From Candidatus Bathyarchaeota archaeon (GTDB lineage: Archaea; Thermoproteota; Bathyarchaeia; Bathyarchaeales; Bathycorpusculaceae): DNA of 64,000 bases. Positions 24,501 through 35,525 of this stretch are shown here, one piece after another. The number at the start of each line of letters is the position of its first letter. The stretch's first letter is position 1. Under the pieces are notes generated by a model. The model searched no databases and was not told the origin of the DNA. It saw only the letters and a list, made by a program, of their open reading frames with translations. The DNA lies in NCBI GenBank assembly GCA_963775685.1, contig CAVZJV010000014.1, positions 960,001-1,024,000 on the forward strand, written 5' to 3'. A program made the position numbers and the translations under genes.

Positions 24501-25300
24501 ACCTGACCTAACAAAATCCCGAATCACCAAAGCAACCCACCACCCCACAACTAAAACACATAGCTCTTTGAACCCAACCCTTAGCGCCCAACCAATCAAC
24601 AACAAACAAGCATCAATTTCCCTTAACCGACAAGAAGAGCGTTAGGAGGCAAAGGCTCAGGAGAAAAAGCAAATTATCACAAAAGCCCCTTTCAGTCCCG
24701 CACCTAAACAAGAATTCAACAATTTCACCTCAAAATTTGCATAAAAATCAGACAGACCCTTGACAAGGACATCCATCCTTCAAGCCACAACCGATTGCTA
24801 CATCTGCACAAGATAAACTTAAAAAATTGTTATTGTACCGCTACCCCCTAATGTGGACAAACTTGATTGATGGCGAAAGCATATCTCAGACCCTGATTTG
24901 ATATTTTATTGTAGACCTGCCTACCAAAGGGCAGCGTGCATTTTGGAAATTCTTTGCTTGGAGTTCTTTGGACTAATTTTCAATTGCTTGATATTTCCAC
25001 ATCGCCTTTCTGCAGTTATCTTTTTCAACGCACAAAATTCATTTTAAATCACTGAAAGGAAAAACTTCATCAGATCGAATATATCAAACGCAAAGAATCA
25101 TAATTACAATCCACAAATAAACAAAACCTAAACATTAAATCGATATATACCAAAATAATTTCCAGCTAACTATATTTTATCGGTTTCATGAAAGCCATGA
25201 AATAGACGCCCCCACTCAACAACTGCTAACAAAAAACAAAAGACAGCCCAATTTCTTTCTGCAACACATCCTAAACTCACAACCCAAATAGCCACACTAG

Positions 25301-25420
25301 AAAAGCCCGCCTTTTCCAGGCTTTCTAAGACCTCTCAAGACTCACCTACAAACAACACAAACCCCAAGCCAATAAAGCATCCCAAAACCAGCCCAAAAAA
25401 TCTGCAAAACAACATTTCTT
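25301..25420 (+). repeat. Dispersed non-coding A/C-rich repeat, copy 2
   Basis: Direct repeat of 22479-22580 with about 20 extra bp. Confidence 0.55.
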
Positions 25421-25927
25421 CATCTTATACTCTAAACAACGCCCATAAAAGCACATCAACCCCCCAAATAGATAACCTACTGAACAACTAGAACAATTGC
25501 CATTCCTAGCCATTACAAGCCATTTTAAGCCGCAACCTGCAGCCGATCCAAAGCCCAAACAACAAAACCACCCCAAAACAAACCGCTCCAATTTTGCAAA
25601 AACAACTGATGTTGTTCTTCAATTGAACAAAAACCTAACCTTTTTTCCCTCCAAGAAAGACGAAGAACATAGCAAAAAACTCGCCTCAAGACACTCTCTG
25701 ATGTTGCGTGTCAGCTAACCGCTTCTGTTTCTTAAATAAGCAACAATGTGTGTGTAGGTTTTGTTATTTACAAACACAAATTACGCTTTCACCCCAACAA
25801 TAGTAGGTTATTCAAAAGCAACAAAGGCGCCTAGATTTAGGTTCTCTACGCGCAACTATTTCAAGAAATAACAATTCCATCCAGCTAGTAAATGGGGTAA
25901 TGTAGAACGCTAAAAAAAATTACGATA

Positions 25928-28483
25928 GTGTTGGCAATTCTCTTTTTGACCTTAGCGTTTTTTGTAGATAATCAAACCACATACTACGCTGTGGCAAATG
26001 ATCCTGCCAAACTCTATCTATTTACGGGCTCGCCAAGTGTGCTTGCCGACAATAGCACCATGCAATGCATTTTTGTTCAATTACAAGATTCTAACGGAAA
26101 GATCGCCCGAGCACTACAAGACACAACAATCGGCTTATCATCCTCACTTACAACAGTTGGCACTGTTGATTCGTCAATCATCCTTTCAAAAGGAGAAACA
26201 TTTGTTTCAGCAAACTTTACATCCACATTCTACCCCGGAACAACCACAATATCAGCCTCAGCAACAGGCTTTGCAACCGTCCTCTCAACTATAACCACAG
26301 TTGGACCAATACCCTCCACGATAGCTGTCTATGGATTTCCATCAACCCTACCAGCAGACGGCAATGCCTACCCTGCAATTATGGTTCAACTCCAAGACTC
26401 AACCGGCTCGCCAGCAAGAGCCCCTCAAGGAGGCGTACCGATTGCGTTAACCAGCTCAGACACAACCGTTGGCACCGTAACACAGTCAGTTACAATCCTA
26501 GAAGGTGAAACATACGCTGTGGCAAATTTTAGCACAACCACAAAAGCACAAAAAGAAGCAAAAATGGAAACAGTCACCATAACAGCTGTCTCTCAAGGAT
26601 ATTCATCAAATCAAGTTACCATAACAACAACCCCCGTTGCATTAAACCCAACCAAACTCAAAATATTCACAGGACCCTCCAAAGTCTTAGCCGACCAGAA
26701 CGCATACAAACAAATCGCTGTTCAACTCCAAAACGCCACCGGCTTTGCAGCAAAAAAACCCTCAAACGACGTGTCGATAAACATCGCGTCTAGCGATTCT
26801 AGTATATGTCAAATTGACTCGATAAAGATTCTAGCAGGCCAAAATTACGCACTGGCAACCTTGAACACAACCTACAAAGCAGGCACCGCCAACATAACCG
26901 CGGTTGCCAATGACTTTCCATTAACCTACCAAATAATGAACACCTTTGGTTTTATTGCCTCAAAATTGGCCATTTACTGCCTCCCAACAAGCCTACCCTC
27001 CGATGGCAAAATATACCAAACAATCCAAGTACAACTCCAAGACACCCTTGGAAGACCTGCAAAAAGCGCGGGAGCAGAAGCTAGCGTAAAACTATTCTCA
27101 TCCCAGCCAACAGTTGGGGCGGTAAGTTCCATGCTCACAATTCCCCTCGGTAAATCAACAGCTTTCGGAGACTTGACCCTAACCTATACAGCGGGCACCA
27201 CCACAATCACAGCCCAAGCATCCGGCTACACCACCGGGCAAACTACTCTTAGCACCTACCTTATTGACTCCTACACCCTTTCTGCCTCAGCCGGCCCAAA
27301 CGGAGCAATCTTGCCAAACGGAACAATTTCAGCCATGCTGGGCACAAGTCAAACATTCAAAATAACAGCCAACACCGGCTACCATATTTCAGACATTAAA
27401 GTAGACAACCAACCCCAAGAACCCGACACCTCATACACCTTTAGCAACATTACCCAACCTCACAACGTAGTTGCCAACTTTTCCATAAACACCTACAACC
27501 TAGAAGTAACCCAAACAGACAACGGCCTAATTGACCCCGACACAAGCTCCATAAACTACGCAGACACCCCAGCATTCACCATCACACCAAACGAAGGCTA
27601 CTACATCACAAACATAACAGCAAACGGCAAATCCATCCCCGTGGGCTCCGCTTCGGGCCAAACCTACCAGTTTGGACCAACTACCGCCAACGGATCGCTA
27701 ACCGCCTCATTCGCAATAAAAAAGTTCGCCCTCCAAGTAACTCAGGCAGCTAACGGCACCATTGCACCCGGAACCAAAACCGTCAACTATAACGATAGCC
27801 AAACATTCACAATTACCCCCCAAACCGGCTGCCATATAGTTGATGTTCTTGTTAACGGAAAATCCTTAGGTCCCATAAGCTCCTACACTGCCCAAAACAT
27901 TCAAAGCACCCTCACTATCACAGCAGCTTTTGTAGCTGACCCCGAACCAACACCCGCACCCACACCCATCCCAACCCCCACCCCTACGCCAAAATCACAA
28001 GCCACAACACTTAACGCAACAAATGAAAATGGCGCAAAAGTAAAACTTGTAATACGCGGAAACATGACAAGCCAACAAATAACAAACGTGACAATAACCC
28101 CAAACAAGTCAAACAAAACAACCGCCCTATCGTTCACCGTTTCAGGAGAGACAGGCGATTTAGGCTCAGGCAATGTCACGATACCTAAAAGTGCAGTTGA
28201 TTTTGGGACATCTCCAATAGTCTACATCGACGGCACAAAGGCTGATGAACAAGGATGTTCACAGGATGCCGACAACAACTATGTGTGGTTCACTACTCAT
28301 TTTAGCAGTCATGACGTTTCAATCGTCTTTACGTCTCCGGCTTCCAATTCCGAGTTTCTACCTCAAGTGGCAATTTACATAATTGCAACTGTGACAGCTG
28401 TTTTGGCTATAGTTTCCGGAATTATAATTTATAAAAAACGATTCTATTTGAAAGAAAAACTTGAAAACATAAAGATCTTTTAG
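25928..28483 (+). CDS. Membrane-anchored Ig-like repeat surface protein (4 invasin-like units, 3 InlB-B-like repeats, PT linker, conserved pre-TM domain)
   Basis: Four PxxLxAD...VQLQD units; three YHIxDVxVNG-type units; TM followed by KKR; start uncertain (in-frame ATG GGG TAA at 25892). Confidence 0.85.
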   Translation: MLAILFLTLAFFVDNQTTYYAVANDPAKLYLFTGSPSVLADNSTMQCIFVQLQDSNGKIARALQDTTIGLSSSLTTVGTVDSSIILSKGETFVSANFTSTFYPGTTTISASATGFATVLSTITTVGPIPSTIAVYGFPSTLPADGNAYPAIMVQLQDSTGSPARAPQGGVPIALTSSDTTVGTVTQSVTILEGETYAVANFSTTTKAQKEAKMETVTITAVSQGYSSNQVTITTTPVALNPTKLKIFTGPSKVLADQNAYKQIAVQLQNATGFAAKKPSNDVSINIASSDSSICQIDSIKILAGQNYALATLNTTYKAGTANITAVANDFPLTYQIMNTFGFIASKLAIYCLPTSLPSDGKIYQTIQVQLQDTLGRPAKSAGAEASVKLFSSQPTVGAVSSMLTIPLGKSTAFGDLTLTYTAGTTTITAQASGYTTGQTTLSTYLIDSYTLSASAGPNGAILPNGTISAMLGTSQTFKITANTGYHISDIKVDNQPQEPDTSYTFSNITQPHNVVANFSINTYNLEVTQTDNGLIDPDTSSINYADTPAFTITPNEGYYITNITANGKSIPVGSASGQTYQFGPTTANGSLTASFAIKKFALQVTQAANGTIAPGTKTVNYNDSQTFTITPQTGCHIVDVLVNGKSLGPISSYTAQNIQSTLTITAAFVADPEPTPAPTPIPTPTPTPKSQATTLNATNENGAKVKLVIRGNMTSQQITNVTITPNKSNKTTALSFTVSGETGDLGSGNVTIPKSAVDFGTSPIVYIDGTKADEQGCSQDADNNYVWFTTHFSSHDVSIVFTSPASNSEFLPQVAIYIIATVTAVLAIVSGIIIYKKRFYLKEKLENIKIF

Positions 28484-28742
28484 CCCTCTGATGCAAAAAT
28501 AGATTTTAGCAATAAACCAGCAAATTGACGGTCAGGGCAACTATTGGGTGCTCTTAGTCTCTTTATTCCATGATACGTTATAGTTATAAACTTTAGAGCG
28601 TGCCGTTTGGATCGAATTGAGTGAGTCGCTATGAGGGAGCGTCTTAAGGCATGTTAAGTTAATAGTTTCACTTTTTATTGCGGATTTTCTGAAAGAAAAT
28701 TTTAGCGTCCAAATATGCATGCCGGCTGAGAGCTGAATTAAT

Positions 28743-29621
28743 TTACATTTTCTGAAAATGCAGTATGTATTCAGTTCCAACGATATATTCAATTTTCTTT
28801 ACGAGCCTAAAGCCTGCATTGCTGAATTTTTTTAGTATTGCTCTTGTGATTTTGGGCGTGTGGCATTCGATAATATAGAAGTCAATTCTCCTAAGCGTTT
28901 TATTCAATATTTTAACGAGATTTTCCTCTGCGCCTTCACAATCGAACTTAGCTATGTTAGCATTGCTCTCTGTTATGATCTTTCCGAGATTTTTACTCTT
29001 TATTTTCATTGTGTGTTTTCCTTTGCCTAAAACTCCAAAACAATTATCTATTGTGTCATATTGGATTTCTTGATATCCATCTTCTTCACCGATGCCTTCT
29101 TCGTGAAGTTCAGCGTTAACACCGTTTAAGAGAATGTTTCTTTTGATAAAATTATGATTTGCAACAACGGGTTCGTAGATTATTACTTTTTTGGCACCCT
29201 GAGAAGAAAAAAACACTGCAGTTTCCCCATAAAAACCGCCTATATCCAAGACAACTTTATTTTTGTAATCGTATTTAATCATCTCGCCGATACATTCTCT
29301 TGCGTATATTTCAATTGCCTGAAGAGAGCCAATTATTTTGGATGTCTTGTTTCCAATGCTAAATAGACCATCCTTTTCTTGTTTAATGGTGTAGCCTTTT
29401 GCGACAGCGTGTGATAATAACAAATATTCATCAAGATGCAGTTCGATCATTGCGCCATTTCTAAACTCTATTTGCCTTTTTCTCTGGAAAAGTTTCATAT
29501 TAAAAACTTCCCAGAAATTTCTAGTAGTCTTGACGGTTTCAATTAAACCTCTTACTGCAGTCACTTGTGATACGGCTGGTCGAAGGTTAATAGCTAACAT
29601 TTTAAAAAGAACTCCCGGCAT
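28743..29621 (-). CDS. FkbM family methyltransferase
   Basis: VLDIGGFYG, YEP, KFDCEGAE, IECH. Confidence 0.9.
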   Translation of the reverse strand: MPGVLFKMLAINLRPAVSQVTAVRGLIETVKTTRNFWEVFNMKLFQRKRQIEFRNGAMIELHLDEYLLLSHAVAKGYTIKQEKDGLFSIGNKTSKIIGSLQAIEIYARECIGEMIKYDYKNKVVLDIGGFYGETAVFFSSQGAKKVIIYEPVVANHNFIKRNILLNGVNAELHEEGIGEEDGYQEIQYDTIDNCFGVLGKGKHTMKIKSKNLGKIITESNANIAKFDCEGAEENLVKILNKTLRRIDFYIIECHTPKITRAILKKFSNAGFRLVKKIEYIVGTEYILHFQKM

Positions 29622-30158
29622 ATTTGGGGACGGGCTTTGATTCTGAATGATTCACTTTTCCTTCGAGTCGTCCTTCTAGTTCTTTCATCTCAAGTCCGTA
29701 TAATGGAGCTACCGCAAGAACAGCAAGACCCCGAACATTTTCCCTAAATAAGTTCATGACCTAAGTCTCCAACCCTTCCAACGATTCCACAGTTTTTAAG
29801 GAAGGTTTCTTAAATCGACATATATCTTGAATCGTAACATCCACTAAAGCCCCTTATTAAAAGCAGTCAATTAATTCAAAATGGAAAAAATTTCAAGTTT
29901 CTTCAAAAGTTTTTTAATGTTTAGAGTACAAATCGCAAACCCGGAACTCTATGAGATACTTCAAAGACACATTAAATATTTGGGGATAATGTGTCGGATA
30001 GACCTCATATTCTGTAGAGTTCAAGAGAAGTTATAGCCTGTTTCAGGCCAGAACCGAATTGAAGCTACACGGCTAATTTGTTAGAGCTACGAATTCAAGC
30101 GTCTTTAAAGAGTAAATCAAATTTTGGAGCTTCAAACAGGATTCTTAGCCAAGTTTGT

Positions 30159-30347
30159 TTATTTGTTTGATTTATTGAAAACTGTGCATTCTAGGCATCT
30201 TTTTGCTGTACAGACATCCTCTGTAAAGGGGCAGCTTTGAAGGATTCTGGGTAGATAGTAGTTTAGTGCTGCATTCTCAACGGTTTCAAAATCCATCTGA
30301 GCATCACTTAGAAGTGTTCGAATTTCATCTGTTGTTTTCTTGGACAT
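30159..30347 (-). CDS. Small Cys4 putative metal-binding protein
   Basis: CPFTEDVCTAKRCLEC (C-x6-C-x4-C-x2-C); AGGAGA upstream. Confidence 0.65.
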   Translation of the reverse strand: MSKKTTDEIRTLLSDAQMDFETVENAALNYYLPRILQSCPFTEDVCTAKRCLECTVFNKSNK

Positions 30348-30652
30348 TTCAGTTTATCTCCTTTCTTTTTTTGTTGGTCTTGAAGTTCTTTTTTATTTAG
30401 AAATATGGAAGCCTTCCGCTTACCATCTTGAACAAATGACTCTTCCTAAAGCGTATAAAGGATATTTCATAATACGCAATATATCAAGAAAAACTCCGTA
30501 TTCAACTTTAGGTTTGCTTCATTGCCGTGGCGAAAAATGAAGAAACAAAAAGTTTAGCCAGTCAGGCTGATCGGCCCACCGACATTTTTTTACTTGGGTA
30601 CATATAAGTTAGAGTTAGAAATTAAGCAAAAGAAAGGCGCAGTCATTTGTAT

Positions 30653-30964
30653 TTAGTACTTACATGAAGAGCAAATCATCAAATAATCCTTAACATGACC
30701 TACCCTTAAACTGTGGCTCTTAAAGTAATCTTGCAGCTCATCAGAAGAAAAATCACCATCAGAAGCAGCAGCATTAACTAGAATTACATAGCCTTCCGTT
30801 TCAGGGTCCCAAAGCCCCCACTCTACAAATCCCTTGAAGACTTTTGGACAGCAAGCGGGAAACTTTTTTGAAAACTGTAGCGCCTCAGCCAAATCCATAA
30901 AATCCGCCTCTCTAATACCAAATATTTTGTGCGTGAGACTTTTAAAGAGTTGTTGGCTCAACAT
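30653..30964 (-). CDS. Small hypothetical protein
   Basis: Protein-like composition from MDLAEAL (GGAT upstream); no family recognised. Confidence 0.55.
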   Translation of the reverse strand: MLSQQLFKSLTHKIFGIREADFMDLAEALQFSKKFPACCPKVFKGFVEWGLWDPETEGYVILVNAAASDGDFSSDELQDYFKSHSLRVGHVKDYLMICSSCKY

Positions 30965-31100
30965 TGATGTAACATAGTTAAAATCGATCTATCGTTTGGG
31001 TTGAGTTGTTTTTTTAGTTGTGTTGGTTTGGGGGTTTTAGTGTTGGAAGCGGCTTTAATAGGTGGCTTCTCATTCTGCGGTGTAAATGTGAGGTCTTGGA

Positions 31101-31773
31101 ATGTTCGCAGTTGGCCACTTTGCATTAGGATACATATTTGGGAAGACTTCATCGAAGATAATCAAGGTCAAAGTGAATTTGCCGCTTCTGCTTGCTGACT
31201 CAGTGTTACCAGATGTTGATCTACTGTTGCGTTTTCTGGCCCATCGGGGACCCACACACTCGCTAATCACCATAACAGTTTTGATGGTCCCATTTTTTGC
31301 CGTTTACCGCAAACGAGCCCTCCCCTACTACGCGGCCATGCTCTCCCACATTCTGATAGGTGATTTCTTCAGGAGGCAAACTGCATTTTTATGCGTAATC
31401 CAAACGCAAGCACGAGCTTTTCTGGCCCCTCTCACAAAACACGTTTGGAGCGCTAAACTTTGCGATGAGCAGCATGCCTGTCGAGTTGATGGAGCTCACC
31501 CTTTTCTTTTTAACCCTGCCGTTGATGTACAAGCTGTGCGATCTAAAAACGCTGTTAAAACCCAACAACAAGAACTGGGCTCTAATAATCCCGTTAGGAG
31601 CCATTATTGGTCCTCTGGTTTCGCTTGAGCGAGGCCAAGAAGGTGCTCTTCCAGCCGATCTTGTAATTCCGAGTCTTTTCTACGTCTGCCTGTTCAGTTA
31701 TTCCTTGTTTGTATGGCTAAGATTTGAACATGTAAAGAATCGACAAAAGCTACAGCTTAATGTGTTGGGGTAA
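31101..31773 (+). pseudogene. Membrane metal-dependent hydrolase (YdjM/DUF457-like), frameshifted near 31371-31413
   Basis: GH, LPDVD, HRGPTHS and SHxLxGD in the first frame; ELFWPL continues in another frame from 31414 into ORF 31465-31773. Confidence 0.8.
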
Positions 31774-31860
31774 TGTCGAGTTAGATTTTTTGTTGAAGGA
31801 GTAGGTTATCTTTATGTTTTTGCAGCTTCAAATCAGTGGAGAATTAGAGCAGCACAATGC

Positions 31861-31940
31861 TTTCTGATGTTTTTTGTGGGTTGATTGTTGCAACTGGTGT
31901 ACAGAGAGTGGGTTGCAACAACAACAGCAACAACAACTTC
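31861..31940 (+). repeat. Dispersed non-coding hairpin-like element, copy 2
   Basis: Perfect inverted repeat TTGTTGCAAC (31885-31894) / GTTGCAACAA (31912-31921) with a 17-nt loop. Confidence 0.65.
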
Positions 31941-32392
31941 TTGCATGTTGTTGATTAGAGTTTTCTTTAGTTGGGCTGCTCTTGTTTTGAGGGCTATTGG
32001 CGATAGTTTTGTTTTGAACTGTAGTGCTATGCGTTTTGTAAGAGTGATGTTTTGCTTAGATCGTGGGAATGTTGGTTTTTGTTTTTATGAAGTTGTGTTG
32101 TGCTTGTGGTCTTTATAATCCATGGTTCACATTTCATTAATACTTACTCTCGCGAGGTGGAATGAGGAACAAAAAACGAATTACCAAAAAATATCCAAAG
32201 CAGTGGCAAAGCTCTTGCGTCTAATCGGACTTTCTAACTGTCAAACGCTAATTAACGTCAACGGATTCAAGTGTTCTATTTAAAGAATTCAATATAAAAA
32301 AAAATAACATTTTAATTTAGACCCCGTTCTTTGAGGAAAAACAAAAAACGTTAAGAAGTAAAAATAGTCTAATAAATGAGGTGAATTAAACC

Positions 32393-32914
32393 ATGGTATT
32401 GGTACAGACATCAAGAGATTATATTGCTACTTTTTTTCTTAAAAGAAAATTTGTTTATGTTGGCTCTGGATTCTGGTCTAGCAACTCCAAAATATGGAAT
32501 AATGGAGAGATCCGTGCAGGAAAAAACTTTCATATGAAAGACGCCAGCATATATACTGATAAGGAAGCGAAGGTGACACTAGGCGACAATGTCGGCTTAA
32601 ACAATGCAAGTATCGTCTCTGTGAACAGGGTTACTGTTGGCGACGACGTCATCATAGGAAATGAGAGTGTGATCTACGATACTGATTATCACGGGATAGA
32701 CGGAAAACCGGCAAAATCACACCCTGTCAAGATAGGAAATCATGTATGGATTGGAACCAAAACAATAATTTTGGAGGGCGTGTCAATAGGCGACAACTCC
32801 GTCATTGGTGCTGGATCGGTTATAACAAGAAATATTCCTGAAAAAACAATATTTGCAGGCAACCCTGCGAGGCAAATTGGAATCACCAAAACAGGATATA
32901 CAAATCAAAAATAA
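32393..32914 (+). CDS. Hexapeptide-repeat (LbH) O-acyltransferase
   Basis: DTDYH, VKIGNHVWIG, GAGSVI, AGNPA. Confidence 0.93.
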   Translation: MVLVQTSRDYIATFFLKRKFVYVGSGFWSSNSKIWNNGEIRAGKNFHMKDASIYTDKEAKVTLGDNVGLNNASIVSVNRVTVGDDVIIGNESVIYDTDYHGIDGKPAKSHPVKIGNHVWIGTKTIILEGVSIGDNSVIGAGSVITRNIPEKTIFAGNPARQIGITKTGYTNQK

Positions 32915-33280
32915 ATTATTCCCGACAAAGAGAGGCATAGATATTAGGAGCCGAGCGCAGCTCGACAAAACCGCAACTTGGTTTTGCAGATATTGATAAT
33001 AAGTAAAGAAGTGCAAATTTTGGGTAACTTTGAAATTAGGCATTTTTTCTTGACAGTTTTAACTAAAAATCAGGTATGTTAAAGTCGTAGATGAATCAAA
33101 ATCAAAGTGTCAGTAAAACTCGTGGCAACATTTGAAGATAAATTACCAGCCAAAAATGTTTCCATCAATCCAAAAGAAAATTTCTAACTTGTGTTGAATT
33201 AAAAATTTTGATCAATGTTTTTTAGAGTGTTTTTTGGCGATTGAAACAAATAAAAAAAAGGGAAAGTTTGGTTTAAAATA

Positions 33281-35482
33281 CTAACGGACCCAAGTTCGGT
33301 AATGGCGTGGAGTCGGAGTTGAAGTAGGATTTGGAGTTGTTATAGGAGCCGGTGATGGTGTTGGAGTAGTTTCCGAAGATGTTGTAGTCGACGGATTTGT
33401 GACAATAACGTTGTCTACTTGGAAGGTTCCAGTTGAGCTAACGTCAAAGTGAATTTGGGTTGTTGCAGTACCTGATGGTACGGTGAAAGTCATAGTCACA
33501 AGTGTCCAAGTATTTGTCGGGGATAAGGCTTGACCATATAATCCAATTGCTTGCCATGATGAACCAAAGCAGAATACGTGTGGAAACACTTTCATGGTGC
33601 TTTTGTAGTAGAATTGCAAAGTGTATGTTTGTCCTACTTGTGCTGGAAGGGTTTGTAATACAGTTATGAAACCTGACCCTCCTTGCGGATAACCTGTTAC
33701 TGTGAATAAGCCGCTATAGCTACCTGAGAATGCACTTGAACTTTGGGTTAGCGTACCGTCGTATCCTTGAGATTGTGAATCAGAGATTTCTAAAATCCAA
33801 GGAGAAATTCCGGAGTCGAATCCACCATTCTGTACTATACTTGTTTCAGTAGGCGGGGGTTCAGAGGTCGGAACTGGTGTTGCAGTTGGAGTAACAGTCG
33901 GCTTTGGAGTCGGAGAGGCCGTAGGAACTGGAGTTGGAGTAACAGTCGGCTTTGGAGTCGGAGAGGCCGTAGGAACTGGAGTTGGAGTAACAGTCGGCTT
34001 TGGAGTCGGAGAGGCCGTAGGAACTGGAGTTGGAGTAACAGTCGGCTTTGGAGTCGGAGAGGCCGTAGGAACTGGAGTTGGAGTAACAGTCGGCTTTGGA
34101 GTCGGAGAGGCCGTAGGAACTGGAGTTGGAGTAACAGTCGGAGTGCCTGATAATGTAAGTGGGTGCGGGTATGGATATGGGGTGTACGTGAATCCGTCTT
34201 GTGCTTGCGTGGGTGCCCTTAGGTAGTAATTAACGTTTTGAGTATAGCCGCCTCGGTTGTTCAAGAAACTGCTTCCTGTATAGGAGTTGCTCCAGATGTA
34301 CGTGCCACTCACATATGTCGCTGGCCAACGATTACCTCCAGCTGAATTATCATTGTCCAAGTAGATGAAGTAAGCCGGCTTTGAACCCCCCGCATTGGCT
34401 GGCGAAACAACAAAGCTATTATCATAGACCAAACCCGACCCATCACGTAATCGAACAGCAATATCACCATTACCATAGTTGCCGTCATCTTTTGAGCTTG
34501 CAATAAAAGTGTTGCTGTATACTTCGAAACCCCTTGCACTAACCCACGAAGCAGATCCATGCGAGTCAGCATCACCATAAGGAGGAAGACTCGACTCCAT
34601 CAAGTTGTATCTAACAATGCCCCAAGCACCCTGAATTCCATCTGTGGTATGTCGGCATCTTATCATGTGACTGTCTTCTACAACCATGGCTGTGGTGTAA
34701 GCAGGCATGTTGTTGTAATGACCAGCATAAAGACCTACGTTGCTATTCCAACTCGAAAAATGATTATGGTACCAATCACTCCCAACATAAAAACCATACC
34801 CCCAAAGCCAACCAGTGCCACTGAGCTTATACGGGTTATCAACAACACAATGATCAATAACACCCCGCGAAGCCACAGGAGTATCCTTCGTATTAACCAT
34901 CACCGCAATATTAACCCAATTAATAAAAGTGCAATGATCAATACGAAAATCCAAACCATAACTCACAGCCAAACCGATGCCGGTTCCAAGGTTGTTAGCC
35001 ATGTTATCTTCTGTTGCTGGGTTTGCAGGCGCAGAAGCTTCAAACCTAATCCCAGAGACCCGAGATGGCTTGCCGTTTGACCCGTCAAGAACAAACATCC
35101 CATAACCAGGCTTATTTTCATGCAGAATCGTCGATTCACTATAGCTAGCCCAATCATTCTCATGCCCCTGACAACCTGCTAGCGACGCACCTATGACGTT
35201 AACGCCTCCTGGGATTGATACAGAAGCGCCATTCCAAATCCAAGTTCCAGCAGGAAGGTATACTGTTCCACCTGATGAACCTAAAGATGTTATGGCTGCT
35301 TTAATGTCTGCTGCAGATCCGCTTTTTGCTGTTACAGATGGTGATGCGGCTTGTGCGGCATTGCTAGTAAAAAGCGGTAGAATGCTTATGATAAGTAACA
35401 TGGTGATGCTTATGATTGCTGGTTTTGATAGTTTTCTAATGTTTAGTCTTTGTAGAACATTCGATTTGTTATGTATTTTCAT
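33281..35482 (-). CDS. Secreted parallel beta-helix protein with PT linker and CBM4/9-like domain
   Basis: Signal peptide; [10 protein letters not shown]; IDHC repeats; [10 protein letters not shown]; IVQNGGFD...WTLVTMTF...VDNV; no TM anchor. Confidence 0.8.
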   Translation of the reverse strand: MKIHNKSNVLQRLNIRKLSKPAIISITMLLIISILPLFTSNAAQAASPSVTAKSGSAADIKAAITSLGSSGGTVYLPAGTWIWNGASVSIPGGVNVIGASLAGCQGHENDWASYSESTILHENKPGYGMFVLDGSNGKPSRVSGIRFEASAPANPATEDNMANNLGTGIGLAVSYGLDFRIDHCTFINWVNIAVMVNTKDTPVASRGVIDHCVVDNPYKLSGTGWLWGYGFYVGSDWYHNHFSSWNSNVGLYAGHYNNMPAYTTAMVVEDSHMIRCRHTTDGIQGAWGIVRYNLMESSLPPYGDADSHGSASWVSARGFEVYSNTFIASSKDDGNYGNGDIAVRLRDGSGLVYDNSFVVSPANAGGSKPAYFIYLDNDNSAGGNRWPATYVSGTYIWSNSYTGSSFLNNRGGYTQNVNYYLRAPTQAQDGFTYTPYPYPHPLTLSGTPTVTPTPVPTASPTPKPTVTPTPVPTASPTPKPTVTPTPVPTASPTPKPTVTPTPVPTASPTPKPTVTPTPVPTASPTPKPTVTPTATPVPTSEPPPTETSIVQNGGFDSGISPWILEISDSQSQGYDGTLTQSSSAFSGSYSGLFTVTGYPQGGSGFITVLQTLPAQVGQTYTLQFYYKSTMKVFPHVFCFGSSWQAIGLYGQALSPTNTWTLVTMTFTVPSGTATTQIHFDVSSTGTFQVDNVIVTNPSTTTSSETTPTPSPAPITTPNPTSTPTPRHYRTWVR
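33885..34142. repeat. Perfect 48-bp tandem repeat x5 ([16 protein letters not shown])
   Basis: Identical units visible in both DNA and protein. Confidence 0.93.
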
Positions 35483-35525
35483 TTTTTTCTCTCTTCCTGA
35501 TTTTGAGTTTCTTATATCCTGATCT

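Noticed and set aside
29603-29845. Short ORF with an in-frame TAG upstream of the FkbM gene
   Set aside because: No recognisable homology or paralog, so it cannot be told apart from a chance ORF
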